This document shows, in pieces, positions 8,827-19,582 of a stretch of DNA of 64,000 nucleotides. Below the pieces are notes generated by a model. It was given only the letters and a program-made list of their open reading frames with translations, had not been told where the DNA came from and did no database searches. The position numbers and the translations under genes are program-made. Origin of the DNA: an uncultured SAR86 cluster bacterium (GTDB taxonomy: Bacteria; Pseudomonadota; Gammaproteobacteria; Magnimaribacterales; D2472); assembly GCA_902635645.1 (NCBI GenBank), contig CACPON010000001.1, positions 31,435 to 95,434 on the forward strand, read 5' to 3'. Every line of letters starts with the position of its first letter. Within the stretch, counting starts at the first letter, position 1.

Positions 8827-9492
8827 TCACTCAATGAAAGTTACAAACTTTTCTATAGATTCTCTTGATGTTCTATAGTTATTTATTGGATGCTCTTTAT
8901 TTGGATAGCCTAATGCAATCCCACACCAAACAACTTCGTTATCTGGAATGTTAAGAATATCTTTAACAGTTTCTGGATATATTGACCAAGATTCTTGAAG
9001 GCAAGTTCCCATGCCACGCTCAACAGTACTTAAACAGATATTTTGAATAAACATTCCAACATGTCCCCATCCATTCTCAGCAAATGCTTTATCAATAGTG
9101 ACTATCATCCCAACCGGAGCACCAAAAAACTTAAAATTCTCTCTTATTTGCGAAAGTCTCGATTCAATATCATCTTGTTTAATAGACAAAGCTGTATACA
9201 TATCCTTGGCACATTCCGATCTTCTTTTTTTATACTCTTCGTCCAATGGGTTGGGGTATATCTCGTATTCTATTTTTTCTTGTACGCCATTGTCATAGTT
9301 AGCAAGAGCTTTTTCAACAAGCTTTTCTTTTGCATTATTAGTTACAACATAAATTTTCCATGGCTGGATATTACCCCCAGAAGGAGCGCAGCTAGAAATT
9401 TCTAGTATCTCTTTGATAGTTTCAATATCTATTTCTTCATTAGTGAAGCTTCTAACAGAATATCGTGATTTTATGAGTTCTTTAATGTTCAT
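8827..9492 (-). CDS. NAD(P)H nitroreductase family protein
   Basis: 221 aa. N-terminal RYSVRSF and SCAPSGGNIQPW are typical of the nitroreductase fold. Lies 6 nt upstream of selO on the same strand. Confidence 0.8.
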   Translation of the reverse strand: MNIKELIKSRYSVRSFTNEEIDIETIKEILEISSCAPSGGNIQPWKIYVVTNNAKEKLVEKALANYDNGVQEKIEYEIYPNPLDEEYKKRRSECAKDMYTALSIKQDDIESRLSQIRENFKFFGAPVGMIVTIDKAFAENGWGHVGMFIQNICLSTVERGMGTCLQESWSIYPETVKDILNIPDNEVVWCGIALGYPNKEHPINNYRTSRESIEKFVTFIE

Positions 9493-9571
9493 AATTACTT
9501 ATCTATTTTTTATTAACAATTCATTGTTCCTTCTTATATAATTTATATCAACAATTTATTAGGGGAAAAAT

Positions 9572-11188
9572 ATGATCAGTGACATGCAAAAGTGGACTCC
9601 AAATGTTGCAAGCATAATCGAACATGCTAAAAACATTTATCCAGAACAAGAAGTAGTCAGCAGAATGGTTTCTGGTGAAATTCATAAAACTAATTATAAA
9701 GAGGTTTGCATTAGATCAAGAAAGCTAGCTTCAGCTCTTGAGAAAGATGGTTATAAAAAAGGTGATGTATTAGCAACTTTGGCCCTAAACACATATAGAC
9801 ATCTTGAAATGTATTATGGAATTTCAGGCATGGGAGCAATCACTCATACCCTAAATTTTAGACTTCACCCAGAACAAGCTGTTTATATTATCAATCATGC
9901 TGAAGATAAGATAATTTTTGTTGAAACACCTTTTATACCAATGATGGAGGCTTTAAAAGACCAGCTGGAATGTGTTGAAAAATATATCATTCTCTGTGAT
10001 CAATCAGAAATGCCAGAAACAACCTTAAAAAATGCTATTTCCTATGAGGAATACATTGAATCAGGCGATGAGAATTATCAATGGCCAGCTATGGATGATG
10101 ATGCAGCATGTGGTTTGTGTTACACATCAGGAACAACTGGTAACCCCAAAGGAGTTTTGTATGCTCATAAATCAAATATACTTCATGCTCAAGCAGCTTT
10201 AACAGGTTTAACCATTAGTCCTGATGAATCAATTTTAATGGTTGTACCATTATTCCATGTTCTTGCTTGGGGAACACCATACTTTGCACCAATGTTTGGT
10301 CTTAAACTTGTTATGCCTGGTATGCAAATGGAAGGAGAGCCTCTGTATGATTTAATTGAAAAAGAAGAGGTCACCCTTGCTTTTGGAGTGCCAACAGTAT
10401 GGATGGGTCTTTTAAGTTATTGCAGAGACAATAACAAGATCTTAAATTCAGTTAAAAATACTGTTATTGGTGGTTCAGCATTATCTTTAGCTATCCTAAA
10501 AGAGTTTGATGAAGTTCACGATGTTAATGTTATTCAGGGTTGGGGAATGACTGAAATGAGTCCATTAGGAACATCGAACTTCCTTACTGAAGAAATGAAA
10601 AAGATGAGTAAAGAGGACAGATATGCTGTTCAATTAAAACAGGGAAGACCAATGTATGGTATTGAACTAAAAGTTGTTGATGATTCAGGAAATGAATTAC
10701 CTAAAGATGGTGAATCTCAAGGACACTTATTGGTCAGAGGACCATGGGTATTGCAAAAGTATTTTAAAGCTGAAAAAGATGCTGTTGATAAAGATGGATG
10801 GTTCGATACAGGTGACATTTCTGTTCTTGATCAAGATGGTTATATGACCATAAAAGATAGAGCTAAAGATGTAATAAAATCAGGCGGTGAATGGATTAGT
10901 TCAATCGATCTTGAAAATGCAGCCGTGGGACACCCAGAGGTTGCTGAAGCCTGTGTCGTTGGAATTCCGCATCCAAAATGGGATGAAAGACCAATATTAT
11001 TTATCGTAACTAATAGCGGAGAGCCAATTGAAAAACAATCAATTTTAGACTTTTTAGAATCAAAAGTTGCAAAGTGGTGGTTGCCTGATGAAATTATTTT
11101 TCTAAAAGAATTGCCGCATGGAGCTACTGGGAAATTACAAAAATTTGAATTGAGAGACGAATATACTAATTACTATATGGAGAAATAA
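9572..11188 (+). CDS. AMP-dependent acyl-CoA synthetase (fatty-acid--CoA ligase family)
   Basis: 538 aa. AMP-binding motif YTSGTTGNPKGV, hinge GWFDTGD and C-terminal GKLQK. Confidence 0.85.
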   Translation: MISDMQKWTPNVASIIEHAKNIYPEQEVVSRMVSGEIHKTNYKEVCIRSRKLASALEKDGYKKGDVLATLALNTYRHLEMYYGISGMGAITHTLNFRLHPEQAVYIINHAEDKIIFVETPFIPMMEALKDQLECVEKYIILCDQSEMPETTLKNAISYEEYIESGDENYQWPAMDDDAACGLCYTSGTTGNPKGVLYAHKSNILHAQAALTGLTISPDESILMVVPLFHVLAWGTPYFAPMFGLKLVMPGMQMEGEPLYDLIEKEEVTLAFGVPTVWMGLLSYCRDNNKILNSVKNTVIGGSALSLAILKEFDEVHDVNVIQGWGMTEMSPLGTSNFLTEEMKKMSKEDRYAVQLKQGRPMYGIELKVVDDSGNELPKDGESQGHLLVRGPWVLQKYFKAEKDAVDKDGWFDTGDISVLDQDGYMTIKDRAKDVIKSGGEWISSIDLENAAVGHPEVAEACVVGIPHPKWDERPILFIVTNSGEPIEKQSILDFLESKVAKWWLPDEIIFLKELPHGATGKLQKFELRDEYTNYYMEK

Positions 11189-11189
11189 C

Positions 11190-11651
11190 GTGCTTAAAAT
11201 AATTAAACCCTCAGAAATAGATTCTGTTATTGGAACTGAAACAGGTTTATCAGAATGGATTACAATTGACCAAGAGCAAATAAATAAATTTGCTGAAGCT
11301 ACTCTTGATAATCAGTTTATTCATGTTGATCCAGAAGCTGCAAAACCAATATTTGGTTCAACCATTGCTCATGGTTTTTTATCATTATCTTTAGCCGCTG
11401 GAATACCTATTGCCCAAGGAATGGGTCTTGCAATCGAAGGTATGAAGATGGGCTTAAATTATGGTTTAGATAAAGTTCGCTTTCTAAGTCCAGTTCCTGT
11501 AGGTTCTGAAGTTAGAATAAGAACAGAATGCATGGATATTACTGAAAAAAATCCAGGCCAATTTCTGATTAAGACTAAAGTTACCATGGAAATCAAAGGA
11601 GTCGAAAAACCTGCATATATTGCAGAGACTCTTGCTATGTATATTCTGTAG
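11190..11651 (+). CDS. MaoC-like (R)-specific enoyl-CoA hydratase / hot-dog fold dehydratase
   Basis: 153 aa. NQFIHVDPE..IAHGF hot-dog hydratase motif. GTG start lies 1 nt after the ligase stop. Confidence 0.8.
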   Translation: MLKIIKPSEIDSVIGTETGLSEWITIDQEQINKFAEATLDNQFIHVDPEAAKPIFGSTIAHGFLSLSLAAGIPIAQGMGLAIEGMKMGLNYGLDKVRFLSPVPVGSEVRIRTECMDITEKNPGQFLIKTKVTMEIKGVEKPAYIAETLAMYIL

Positions 11652-11653
11652 TT

Positions 11654-13081
11654 TTAACTTAAAAGTCTTTTAAGTATTTCGTTGACGCTTTGAGGGTTTG
11701 CTTTGCCTTGAGTTTCTTTCATTACCTGTCCAACAAAGAAGCCAAATAGTTTATCTTTACCACCTTTAAAAGCCTCAACTTGTGATGGATTATTATCAAT
11801 TATTGTTTGTGCAATTTTTTCAAGAAGCGATTCATCTTGAATTTGAACAAGTCCCTTGCTTTCAATAATTGCATCCACATTATTACCAGTTTCCCATATC
11901 TCCTCAAGAACAGATTTAGCTATTTTCCCTGAGATAGTTTTATCAGATATTCTTTCTATCAATAAAGCAAAATTATCTGCAGTTAACTTTGATTCTTGTA
12001 AATCTATATTGTCCTTGTTTAGAAGGGCACTAATATCACCAACTAACCAATTAGCAACCAGTTTTGAATCATTAGTTTTTGCACAAGCTCCCTCAAACAT
12101 GTTTGCCATTGTCTTTGATGAGGCAATAATTTTTGCCTCAGAAGAATCTAGGTTTGATTCTTCAACATATCTTCTTTCTTTTTCATCAGGAAGCTCAGGA
12201 AGGTTGTCTTTAATCTCTTTAAGTTCATTATCTGAAATCACAACCGGAAGAAGGTCAGGGCATGGAAAGTACCTATAATCATTGGCTTCTTCTTTAGATC
12301 TCATTGATCTAGTTTCATTTTTAACACTGTCATAAAGGCGCGTTTCTTGAACAACTGAATCACCGGATTCTAAAATTCTAATTTGTCTATCAATTTCAAA
12401 GTTAATAGCTTTTTCAATAAACTTAAATGAGTTTATATTTTTAATTTCAGCTCTAGTTCCAAGCTCAGTATCATCTGATTTTTTTACAGAAACATTTACA
12501 TCACATCTCATTGACCCCTGTGCCATATTTCCATCACATATATCAAGAAAAGTAACAATTTGTCGAATGGCTTTAAAATAAGCGACAGCTTCTTTTGCAT
12601 TTGAAATCTCTGGCTCAGATACAATTTCAAGCAAAGGCGTTCCGGCTCTATTTAAATCAACACCCGTTTCACCATCAAAAAGATCATGAATAGATTTACC
12701 AGCATCTTCTTCAAGGTGAGCTCTGGTAATGTTAATAATTTTTTCTTCACCATCTACTTCTATACTAATTGATCCCTTTCCTACGATTGGCAAAGCCATT
12801 TGAGTAATTTGATAACCCTTGGGAAGATCTGGATAAAAATAATTTTTTCTATCAAAAGTTGATGTTTGATTTATTTCAGCATTAGTTGCCAAGCCGAAAC
12901 GAATTGCTTTATGAAACGCCCCTCTATTTGCAACAGGTAAAACTCCTGGCAACCCTAAATCAATTAAATCTACATGTGTATTTGGCTCAGCTCCAAAACT
13001 TGTTGATCCGCCAGAAAAAAGTTTTGAATCAGTAGAAAGCTGAACGTGAATTTCTAATCCTATTACTGTCTCCCAACTCAT
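11654..13081 (-). CDS. gatB: Asp/Glu-tRNA(Asn/Gln) amidotransferase subunit B
   Basis: 475 aa. N-terminus [13 protein letters not shown]. gatCAB operon context. Confidence 0.95.
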   Translation of the reverse strand: MSWETVIGLEIHVQLSTDSKLFSGGSTSFGAEPNTHVDLIDLGLPGVLPVANRGAFHKAIRFGLATNAEINQTSTFDRKNYFYPDLPKGYQITQMALPIVGKGSISIEVDGEEKIINITRAHLEEDAGKSIHDLFDGETGVDLNRAGTPLLEIVSEPEISNAKEAVAYFKAIRQIVTFLDICDGNMAQGSMRCDVNVSVKKSDDTELGTRAEIKNINSFKFIEKAINFEIDRQIRILESGDSVVQETRLYDSVKNETRSMRSKEEANDYRYFPCPDLLPVVISDNELKEIKDNLPELPDEKERRYVEESNLDSSEAKIIASSKTMANMFEGACAKTNDSKLVANWLVGDISALLNKDNIDLQESKLTADNFALLIERISDKTISGKIAKSVLEEIWETGNNVDAIIESKGLVQIQDESLLEKIAQTIIDNNPSQVEAFKGGKDKLFGFFVGQVMKETQGKANPQSVNEILKRLLS

Positions 13082-14529
13082 GATTTACTGCCTGATGGTG
13101 TTTTGAGATGCCAGTCTGTTGATATTTGGAAATTATGAGCTGCTTGAAGTAGTCTACTCTCATCTAAAAAGTTTCCAATTAACTGCAATCCAATTGGTTT
13201 ATTATCAACCATACCATTTGGAATAGACATAGCAGGAAGGCCAGCAAGATTTGCTGGTATTGTAAACAAATCTTCTAAGTACATTTGAATTGGGTCATCG
13301 CCTTTAGATCCAGCCTCAAATGCAGCACCTCTTGTAGTAGGAGACATAATGATGTCTACATTTTTAAAAGCAGAATCAAAATCATTTTTTATGAGTCTTC
13401 TAACTTGCTGAGCTTTTTTGTAATAAGCATCATAAAAACCAGCAGAAAGGACATAAGAACCAATTAATATTCTTCTTTTTACCTCGTCTCCAAAACCTTC
13501 TGATCTAGTTTTTATATAAAGTTCTTCAAGATCTTTTGGGTTATCACACCTTTTTCCAAATTTTACTCCATCAAATCTTGATAAGTTTGATGAGCATTCT
13601 GCCGGAGCAACAACGTAATAGGTAGGCACTGATAAAGATATATTTGGAAGTGATATTTCGATAAATTCTGCACCCAAGGATTCATAATGTTTTTTTGATT
13701 CTTCAAAAATCTGAACTACATCATTGTCCAGCTTTGATAAATCGAATTCTTTTACTAGACCAATTTTTAAGCCCTGAATCGAAGAATTTAAGTTTTCAGT
13801 AAAGTCAGGAATTGCCTCATCAATCGAAGTGGTATCTTTTTCATCATGAGAACACATTTCATTGAGGAGCAATGCACAATCTTCAGCTGTTCTAGCCATT
13901 GGACCTGCTTGATCTAGACTAGATGCAAATGCAATCATTCCCCATCTAGAAATCCTTCCATAAGTTGGTTTTAAACCTGATATCCCACACAAAGAAGCTG
14001 GTTGCCTTATAGATCCTCCTGTATCAGTTCCAGAAGCAGCAGGCACTATTCCAGCTGCTACTGCAGCAGCAGAACCTCCAGAGCTTCCCCCAGGAACCAA
14101 ATTTTCACCCCATGGGTTTTGAACATTGCCATAAAAACTTGTTTCATTTGATGAACCCATAGCAAATTCATCCATATTTGTTTTACCTACAGAGATACAG
14201 CCAGCATTTTCAAGGTTCTTAATGACAGTTGCAGAATATGGAGGTATAAAATTTGATAACATGTTAGATCCACATGTAGTTTTAAGATCTTTTGTACAAA
14301 AAAGGTCTTTTTGGGCAATTGGTATTCCAGCTAATGAACCTGAGCCAGCAATATTATCTAAGTTATTTGCCTTTTTAAGAGACTCCTCTTCATTAAGAGT
14401 TATAAATGCATTTAATTTAGAATTATTTTTAATGTTTAAAAAAGTCTCTTGTATAAGCTCTGTGTGAGAAATATCTCTATTATTAAGCATATTTTTTAGC
14501 TCTTTAATACTTTTGTATTGAACACTCAT
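13078..14529 (-). CDS. gatA: Asp/Glu-tRNA(Asn/Gln) amidotransferase subunit A
   Basis: 483 aa. Amidase signature [26 protein letters not shown]. Confidence 0.95.
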   Translation of the reverse strand: MSVQYKSIKELKNMLNNRDISHTELIQETFLNIKNNSKLNAFITLNEEESLKKANNLDNIAGSGSLAGIPIAQKDLFCTKDLKTTCGSNMLSNFIPPYSATVIKNLENAGCISVGKTNMDEFAMGSSNETSFYGNVQNPWGENLVPGGSSGGSAAAVAAGIVPAASGTDTGGSIRQPASLCGISGLKPTYGRISRWGMIAFASSLDQAGPMARTAEDCALLLNEMCSHDEKDTTSIDEAIPDFTENLNSSIQGLKIGLVKEFDLSKLDNDVVQIFEESKKHYESLGAEFIEISLPNISLSVPTYYVVAPAECSSNLSRFDGVKFGKRCDNPKDLEELYIKTRSEGFGDEVKRRILIGSYVLSAGFYDAYYKKAQQVRRLIKNDFDSAFKNVDIIMSPTTRGAAFEAGSKGDDPIQMYLEDLFTIPANLAGLPAMSIPNGMVDNKPIGLQLIGNFLDESRLLQAAHNFQISTDWHLKTPSGSKS

Positions 14530-14807
14530 TCTACAACTCTTGGAACTAAGAAATAGTCATCATTAGACTTTGGAGATCTTTCAAGGAAAACTTCTTTTCT
14601 GTTTTTAGCAGTTATGTTATCTGTTCTAGTTTTGGCAGTTTTTTCAAGTGGACTGGCCAATGGTTCTATATTTTCAGTATCAACCTGATCTAATTGATCA
14701 ACAAATTTAATAATATTTTCAAGATCTTTAGTGATTTTATCCTCATTTTCTCCATAAAGAGAAAGTCTTGATAAGTAAGCTATAGTTGAAACTGTTTTCT
14801 TGTCCAT
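14526..14807 (-). CDS. gatC: Asp/Glu-tRNA(Asn/Gln) amidotransferase subunit C
   Basis: 93 aa. Overlaps gatA by 4 nt. Typical GatC size and IAxLSRL-type N-terminus. Confidence 0.85.
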   Translation of the reverse strand: MDKKTVSTIAYLSRLSLYGENEDKITKDLENIIKFVDQLDQVDTENIEPLASPLEKTAKTRTDNITAKNRKEVFLERSPKSNDDYFLVPRVVE

Positions 14808-14885
14808 ATATAGGATATTATTATAATTTAGATGGGGGATATTAACCCAACTAAATAATTATTTATATATATTTTAGGGAATCAC

Positions 14886-15935
14886 GTGGAATTCAATATT
14901 TTTAAGACTGTAAGAGGCTATTTTTCAAATGATCTTTCAATTGATTTAGGTACAGCAAATACTCTTATTTATACAAAAGATGTGGGGATTGTTCTTGATG
15001 AACCATCCGTTGTTGCAATCAGAGAGGCCAGAGGACAAAAGACTGTAGTAGCTGTTGGGACAGAAGCTAAAAAAATGCTTGGCAGAACCCCAGGAAATAT
15101 AAAAGCAATTCGTCCCCTTTCAGAGGGTGTTATTGCTGACTTCCAAGTTACAGAGAAAATGCTCCAACACTTTATAGCAAAAGTTCATGAGCAGAGATTC
15201 ATAAAACCTAGCCCAAGAGTATTGGTATGTGTACCTTGTAGGTCAACTCAAGTTGAAAGAAGAGCTATTAGAGAGTCTGTTCTTGGTGCTGGAGCTAGAG
15301 ATGTAAAATTAATTGAGGAGCCAATGGCTGCAGCTATAGGTGCAGGCCTCCCGGTAGAGGAAGCTAGCGGAAATATGGTGGTTGATATTGGAGGCGGTAC
15401 ATCTGAGATTGCAATCCTATCTTTAAATGGTGTTGTTTATTCAGAATCTGTAAAAATTGGGGGAGATAAAATGGATGAATCCATTACCTCATGGATAAGA
15501 AGAAATTATGGCTGTGTAATTGGAGAGTCAACTGCTGAAAAAATTAAATATACTATTGGTTGTGCCACAGCAGAATCTGAAAAACTTGAAATGTCTATAA
15601 CCGGAAGAAATTTGGCTGAAGGTATTCCAGAAACCTTCACAATAAATAGCGAGCAGATATTTGAAGCAATGAGAGATCCCTTATATGGAATAGTTAGAGC
15701 AATTAGAAATGCTTTAGAGCTATCACCGCCAGAGTTAGCTGCTGATATTGCCGAAAGAGGTATTGTATTAACCGGAGGAGGAGCTTTAATGAGAGATCTA
15801 GATAAGCTTATTTCAAGCTCTACTGGCATACCTGTAATATGTGCTGAAGACCCCTTAACTTGTGTTGCAAGAGGCGGAGGTCAAGCATTAGAAATTATGG
15901 ATAAATACAACATAGATCTACTTTCTTCTGAGTAA
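14886..15935 (+). CDS. mreB: rod-shape-determining actin homologue MreB
   Basis: 349 aa. [17 protein letters not shown] and [10 protein letters not shown] actin-fold motifs. GTG start. Confidence 0.95.
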   Translation: MEFNIFKTVRGYFSNDLSIDLGTANTLIYTKDVGIVLDEPSVVAIREARGQKTVVAVGTEAKKMLGRTPGNIKAIRPLSEGVIADFQVTEKMLQHFIAKVHEQRFIKPSPRVLVCVPCRSTQVERRAIRESVLGAGARDVKLIEEPMAAAIGAGLPVEEASGNMVVDIGGGTSEIAILSLNGVVYSESVKIGGDKMDESITSWIRRNYGCVIGESTAEKIKYTIGCATAESEKLEMSITGRNLAEGIPETFTINSEQIFEAMRDPLYGIVRAIRNALELSPPELAADIAERGIVLTGGGALMRDLDKLISSSTGIPVICAEDPLTCVARGGGQALEIMDKYNIDLLSSE

Positions 15936-15940
15936 AAAAG

Positions 15941-16771
15941 ATGTCGAGGGTAGCACCCACTTCTGGCACAAAAGTTTTATACTTTTTATTGATAATAATT
16001 TCAGGATTTTTAATATATATTGATTTAAAGCATAAAAGCTTTGAAGGTATTAAAAACTTTTATCAATCCTTTATTATTTCTTCATCCTATATTTTTAAAA
16101 GTGCAACAGTTGAGCCTATAAAACTTTTATATCAAATCTCAAAAGATAAGAATGAACTGATTAATGAGAATAAAAAGCTCAAGCGGGAGCTTGATAATAG
16201 TCATATTTTAAATTTTATTATTTCAAATGATTCAAAATTTTTTGCAGACGATGATTCTATAAATAGATTTTTAGATATAAATAACATAAATGAAGTATTT
16301 CACTTAGCTAAATTGGAATACTTTGATACTGAATTATATATGTGTTGCAGTAAACATAGAGCATTTATCAAAACATACAAAAATAACAAAAACTTAATCG
16401 GCAGCACTGTTATCAATGATATGGGAATTATTGGTCATATTATTTATGGAGATTCCTTGAGTGAAGTATTATTACTTACAGATATAGATCATGTAATGCC
16501 AATAATGTCTGGTAATCATTTTTGTAATGCTAGGGGTTCTGGAAAACCAGGAAAAATTACTTGTTCATATAACAATAAGGTTTGGCAAGAAAAAGTCTCA
16601 ATTGGACAAGAATTCTATTCATCTGGGATGGGAGGCATTTATCCTAAAGGCATACTTATTGGAAACGTTTCTGACATAAGAGAAGTTGAAGAAAATTTTA
16701 TAGAATTTGATATTAATCTTGTGTCTAGTCCAATAGTAAAAAATGTAGTTGGAGTTCTTGAGAGCATATGA
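15941..16771 (+). CDS. mreC: rod-shape-determining protein MreC
   Basis: 276 aa. N-terminal TM helix, coiled coil (NENKKLKRELD), C-terminal beta domain ending GIYPKGILIG. Position after mreB. Confidence 0.75.
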   Translation: MSRVAPTSGTKVLYFLLIIISGFLIYIDLKHKSFEGIKNFYQSFIISSSYIFKSATVEPIKLLYQISKDKNELINENKKLKRELDNSHILNFIISNDSKFFADDDSINRFLDINNINEVFHLAKLEYFDTELYMCCSKHRAFIKTYKNNKNLIGSTVINDMGIIGHIIYGDSLSEVLLLTDIDHVMPIMSGNHFCNARGSGKPGKITCSYNNKVWQEKVSIGQEFYSSGMGGIYPKGILIGNVSDIREVEENFIEFDINLVSSPIVKNVVGVLESI

Positions 16772-17247
16772 GAAATATTGGAACTGTAAAACTATTAATT
16801 ATTATTTTTGTTTTAAATATTTTAGAGAGCTTCATTGCACCCCACTTAATAAATTTTTATATAAGTTTGCCAATAACTTTTCTAGTTTTCTCACTTGCCA
16901 TCTACAACTCAAATCGTAATTCCAACCCTTTATTTGCCTTTTTATGTGGCTTTTATTTAGATTTAATATCAAGCTCTCCATTTGGACTTAATGCTGGACT
17001 TTTTACCATGATGTCATATGTGATTAACAGTTATGCAAATACATTTAAGCTATTCTCATATATTCAGATATGTATATTCTTTGCTGTTTCCTCTGTCTTT
17101 TATCTTGGTTTTAAAAACTTAATTATTGGCTTAGATAATTTTTCATATTCAGTGCTATTTGTGAGTCTCTTTTTTAATACTTTATTATTTTTATTGATCG
17201 CAATGCTTAGATATTATTTCCCTTCAATGTCTATCAAATATGATTAG
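16768..17247 (+). CDS. mreD: rod-shape-determining protein MreD
   Basis: 159 aa polytopic membrane protein overlapping mreC by 4 nt. Call mainly from position and topology. Confidence 0.65.
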   Translation: MRNIGTVKLLIIIFVLNILESFIAPHLINFYISLPITFLVFSLAIYNSNRNSNPLFAFLCGFYLDLISSSPFGLNAGLFTMMSYVINSYANTFKLFSYIQICIFFAVSSVFYLGFKNLIIGLDNFSYSVLFVSLFFNTLLFLLIAMLRYYFPSMSIKYD

Positions 17248-19582
17248 CAAGATTAAAAAATTCTTTTCATATATTTTTTTTCTTATCTTCTTTATTATTT
17301 TATTTGTAGCATGTACTTATGGCTTTTTAGTTTATAAACCAGATCATGGAATAAAATTTATTGATAAAGTTCTGCTATTGGACTATTCGCTGAAGATTAA
17401 ATCAACCTCATCAAACAAGAATTTGATAAACCCTTTTTTTATATTTGAAGAAATTCAAATTAATGATAATGAAAATAAAGAATTAGTTTATATTCCCAAT
17501 CTAAAGATTGGAGTAAATTTAATTGAATCCCTTATTCAAGAATATTTATCATTGAGTGTTCTTGAAATAGACACACTGAAGTCTTCTCAAGGCTCTTCGA
17601 TAGAGACATTTCAACCATTTTTGATCAAAGGAAATAAATTAAAGATATCTAATAATACAATTGATATTTCAGCGAAAGGATTTGAATTACTAATATCCCC
17701 AAATGATTCAAAGATTATTCTTATAGAGGGCAATATAAACACATTCTCATACACCGAAATTAAAGCATTCATAGACTCAATAGATAATAAATTATTTTAT
17801 GAAAGTAGCCATAGCTTTGATAGCAATGAACTAAATCAAATTAATTCTATTGATCTTAGTTCGCTTAAAGATCATGACATATATGTAGATCTTGACACAA
17901 AAGGGTATATAGACTTTGAAACAAATCAAAATAATAGATTTGATAGATTAACATTTAAAAATTCTAGTATTACAACAAATTCAGAGTTCTTAATTAAAGA
18001 TATTAATTCAAGTGTTTTTTCGGACCTCAATAAAGAGTTATTAGGTGTATTTAAATCAAAACTACCAGATCAGAACATATCAGGAAGTATTTCTTACGAC
18101 TATAAAAGAAGCGTTATCAGAACTAATTTGACAATAAATATGGGAGGAATTATTGATTCAAATCGTTACTTTTCTATGGATGGAGATGAGATTTTTAGAT
18201 CAATTATAATACTTTCAGAAGATAATTTTTCTATGAATTTGCTATCAAACCTAAGCAATACAAACATCTCATCAAGCATAGAAGAGATTAATGAAAAATT
18301 AAATGAAGTTACAGAAACCTCCATATTTATTGAAGATATGTCTAGCCCAATATATCAAGTCTCGAATAAACATATAAATGCTTCAATTAGTTCAAGCGGA
18401 AGAGGGTATTTTGCTTTTGGCCGAAACTTTTCAGAAAATATTAAAAATAATAACCATAAAGATGGTTTTTATATATATTTAGATCTTGATAATTTAAGTT
18501 TAGACAACATTTTTTATGATGATTCAAGCAGCAGCAATACATTGCTAAAGTCCATTAAAATTAGATCAAAAGAATTTAATTTTTTAAATAATAATTACTC
18601 AAACATAAAATTTAATATCACCTTTAATGACGAAATATATATCAATATTTCAGGAAAAGATTTAAATGGTGAAATAAATATCGATCAAACTAATTTTATA
18701 AAAATTAACTTAAAAGATACTAATTTTAATTTTGATGGCATTAATATAGCGCAATCAAATCTAGCGAGCGATATAAGCAATATTAGTTTAAGGCTAATTG
18801 GCAATAATATAAGAACTGAAGATGACATTTTCCAAGATGTTGATTTTTACATCCTAAAAAATAAGAATGTCTTAACTATCGATAATATAAAAATTGATAG
18901 CAAGAGATTGAATATTGGTCCAGGTCAGGATAATCAAAAAGCATATATAAGCTATAACAACAAATCTGACCTCTATAAAATTAAAGGTAAATATAGATTT
19001 GATAACTCTTCTGGATATTTTGATAATCTCACGAAATATAATTTCGATTTTTTTGAGACTGATCTAAATATTCAATGGAATAGTTTAAACAAACTTACAA
19101 ACCTAGAAGGAAAATTAGATTTCCTCATTAAAGATTTAAACCTAGATACCGAAATACCTGAAACTACTTTTTTAAGAGCATTAAGGATTTTTAACCTTAA
19201 TGGGATTTTTGAAGGTCTTGATGATGTTTCAAATAATATGATGAATATAAACAGAGCTTCCGGTAGATTTATTATAGGTAAAAATAGAGCGTTGATAAAT
19301 TCACCAATTATTTTTGAAACAGATGAGGCAAGCATGAGCTGGAGAGGTGAAATCAGCAAAAATAAGGTTGGTGAGCTAGATGCATTAGATCTTGATTTAT
19401 CTATGAGATTAAAAATTTCAGAAAATATTCCATGGTATGCTGCAATTTTTGGTGGGGTAACAGCTCTTGCAGGTGGTGTTGTAATTGAGAATATTTTTGA
19501 AGACACCATTGAAAATGCATCGACAATAAATTTTCAGGTATTTGGAACTATTGATAAACCAAATATAAGAAGACTAGATTAA
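17240..19582 (+). CDS. AsmA-like / YhdP-like envelope protein (short form)
   Basis: 780 aa. Single N-terminal TM helix, a long N/S/I/K-rich predicted periplasmic body, a C-terminal hydrophobic segment (WYAAIFGGVTALAGGVVI) and a GTIDKPNI tail. Sits where yhdP follows mreBCD(-maf-rng) in other gammaproteobacteria. Confidence 0.45.
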   Translation: MISKIKKFFSYIFFLIFFIILFVACTYGFLVYKPDHGIKFIDKVLLLDYSLKIKSTSSNKNLINPFFIFEEIQINDNENKELVYIPNLKIGVNLIESLIQEYLSLSVLEIDTLKSSQGSSIETFQPFLIKGNKLKISNNTIDISAKGFELLISPNDSKIILIEGNINTFSYTEIKAFIDSIDNKLFYESSHSFDSNELNQINSIDLSSLKDHDIYVDLDTKGYIDFETNQNNRFDRLTFKNSSITTNSEFLIKDINSSVFSDLNKELLGVFKSKLPDQNISGSISYDYKRSVIRTNLTINMGGIIDSNRYFSMDGDEIFRSIIILSEDNFSMNLLSNLSNTNISSSIEEINEKLNEVTETSIFIEDMSSPIYQVSNKHINASISSSGRGYFAFGRNFSENIKNNNHKDGFYIYLDLDNLSLDNIFYDDSSSSNTLLKSIKIRSKEFNFLNNNYSNIKFNITFNDEIYINISGKDLNGEINIDQTNFIKINLKDTNFNFDGINIAQSNLASDISNISLRLIGNNIRTEDDIFQDVDFYILKNKNVLTIDNIKIDSKRLNIGPGQDNQKAYISYNNKSDLYKIKGKYRFDNSSGYFDNLTKYNFDFFETDLNIQWNSLNKLTNLEGKLDFLIKDLNLDTEIPETTFLRALRIFNLNGIFEGLDDVSNNMMNINRASGRFIIGKNRALINSPIIFETDEASMSWRGEISKNKVGELDALDLDLSMRLKISENIPWYAAIFGGVTALAGGVVIENIFEDTIENASTINFQVFGTIDKPNIRRLD

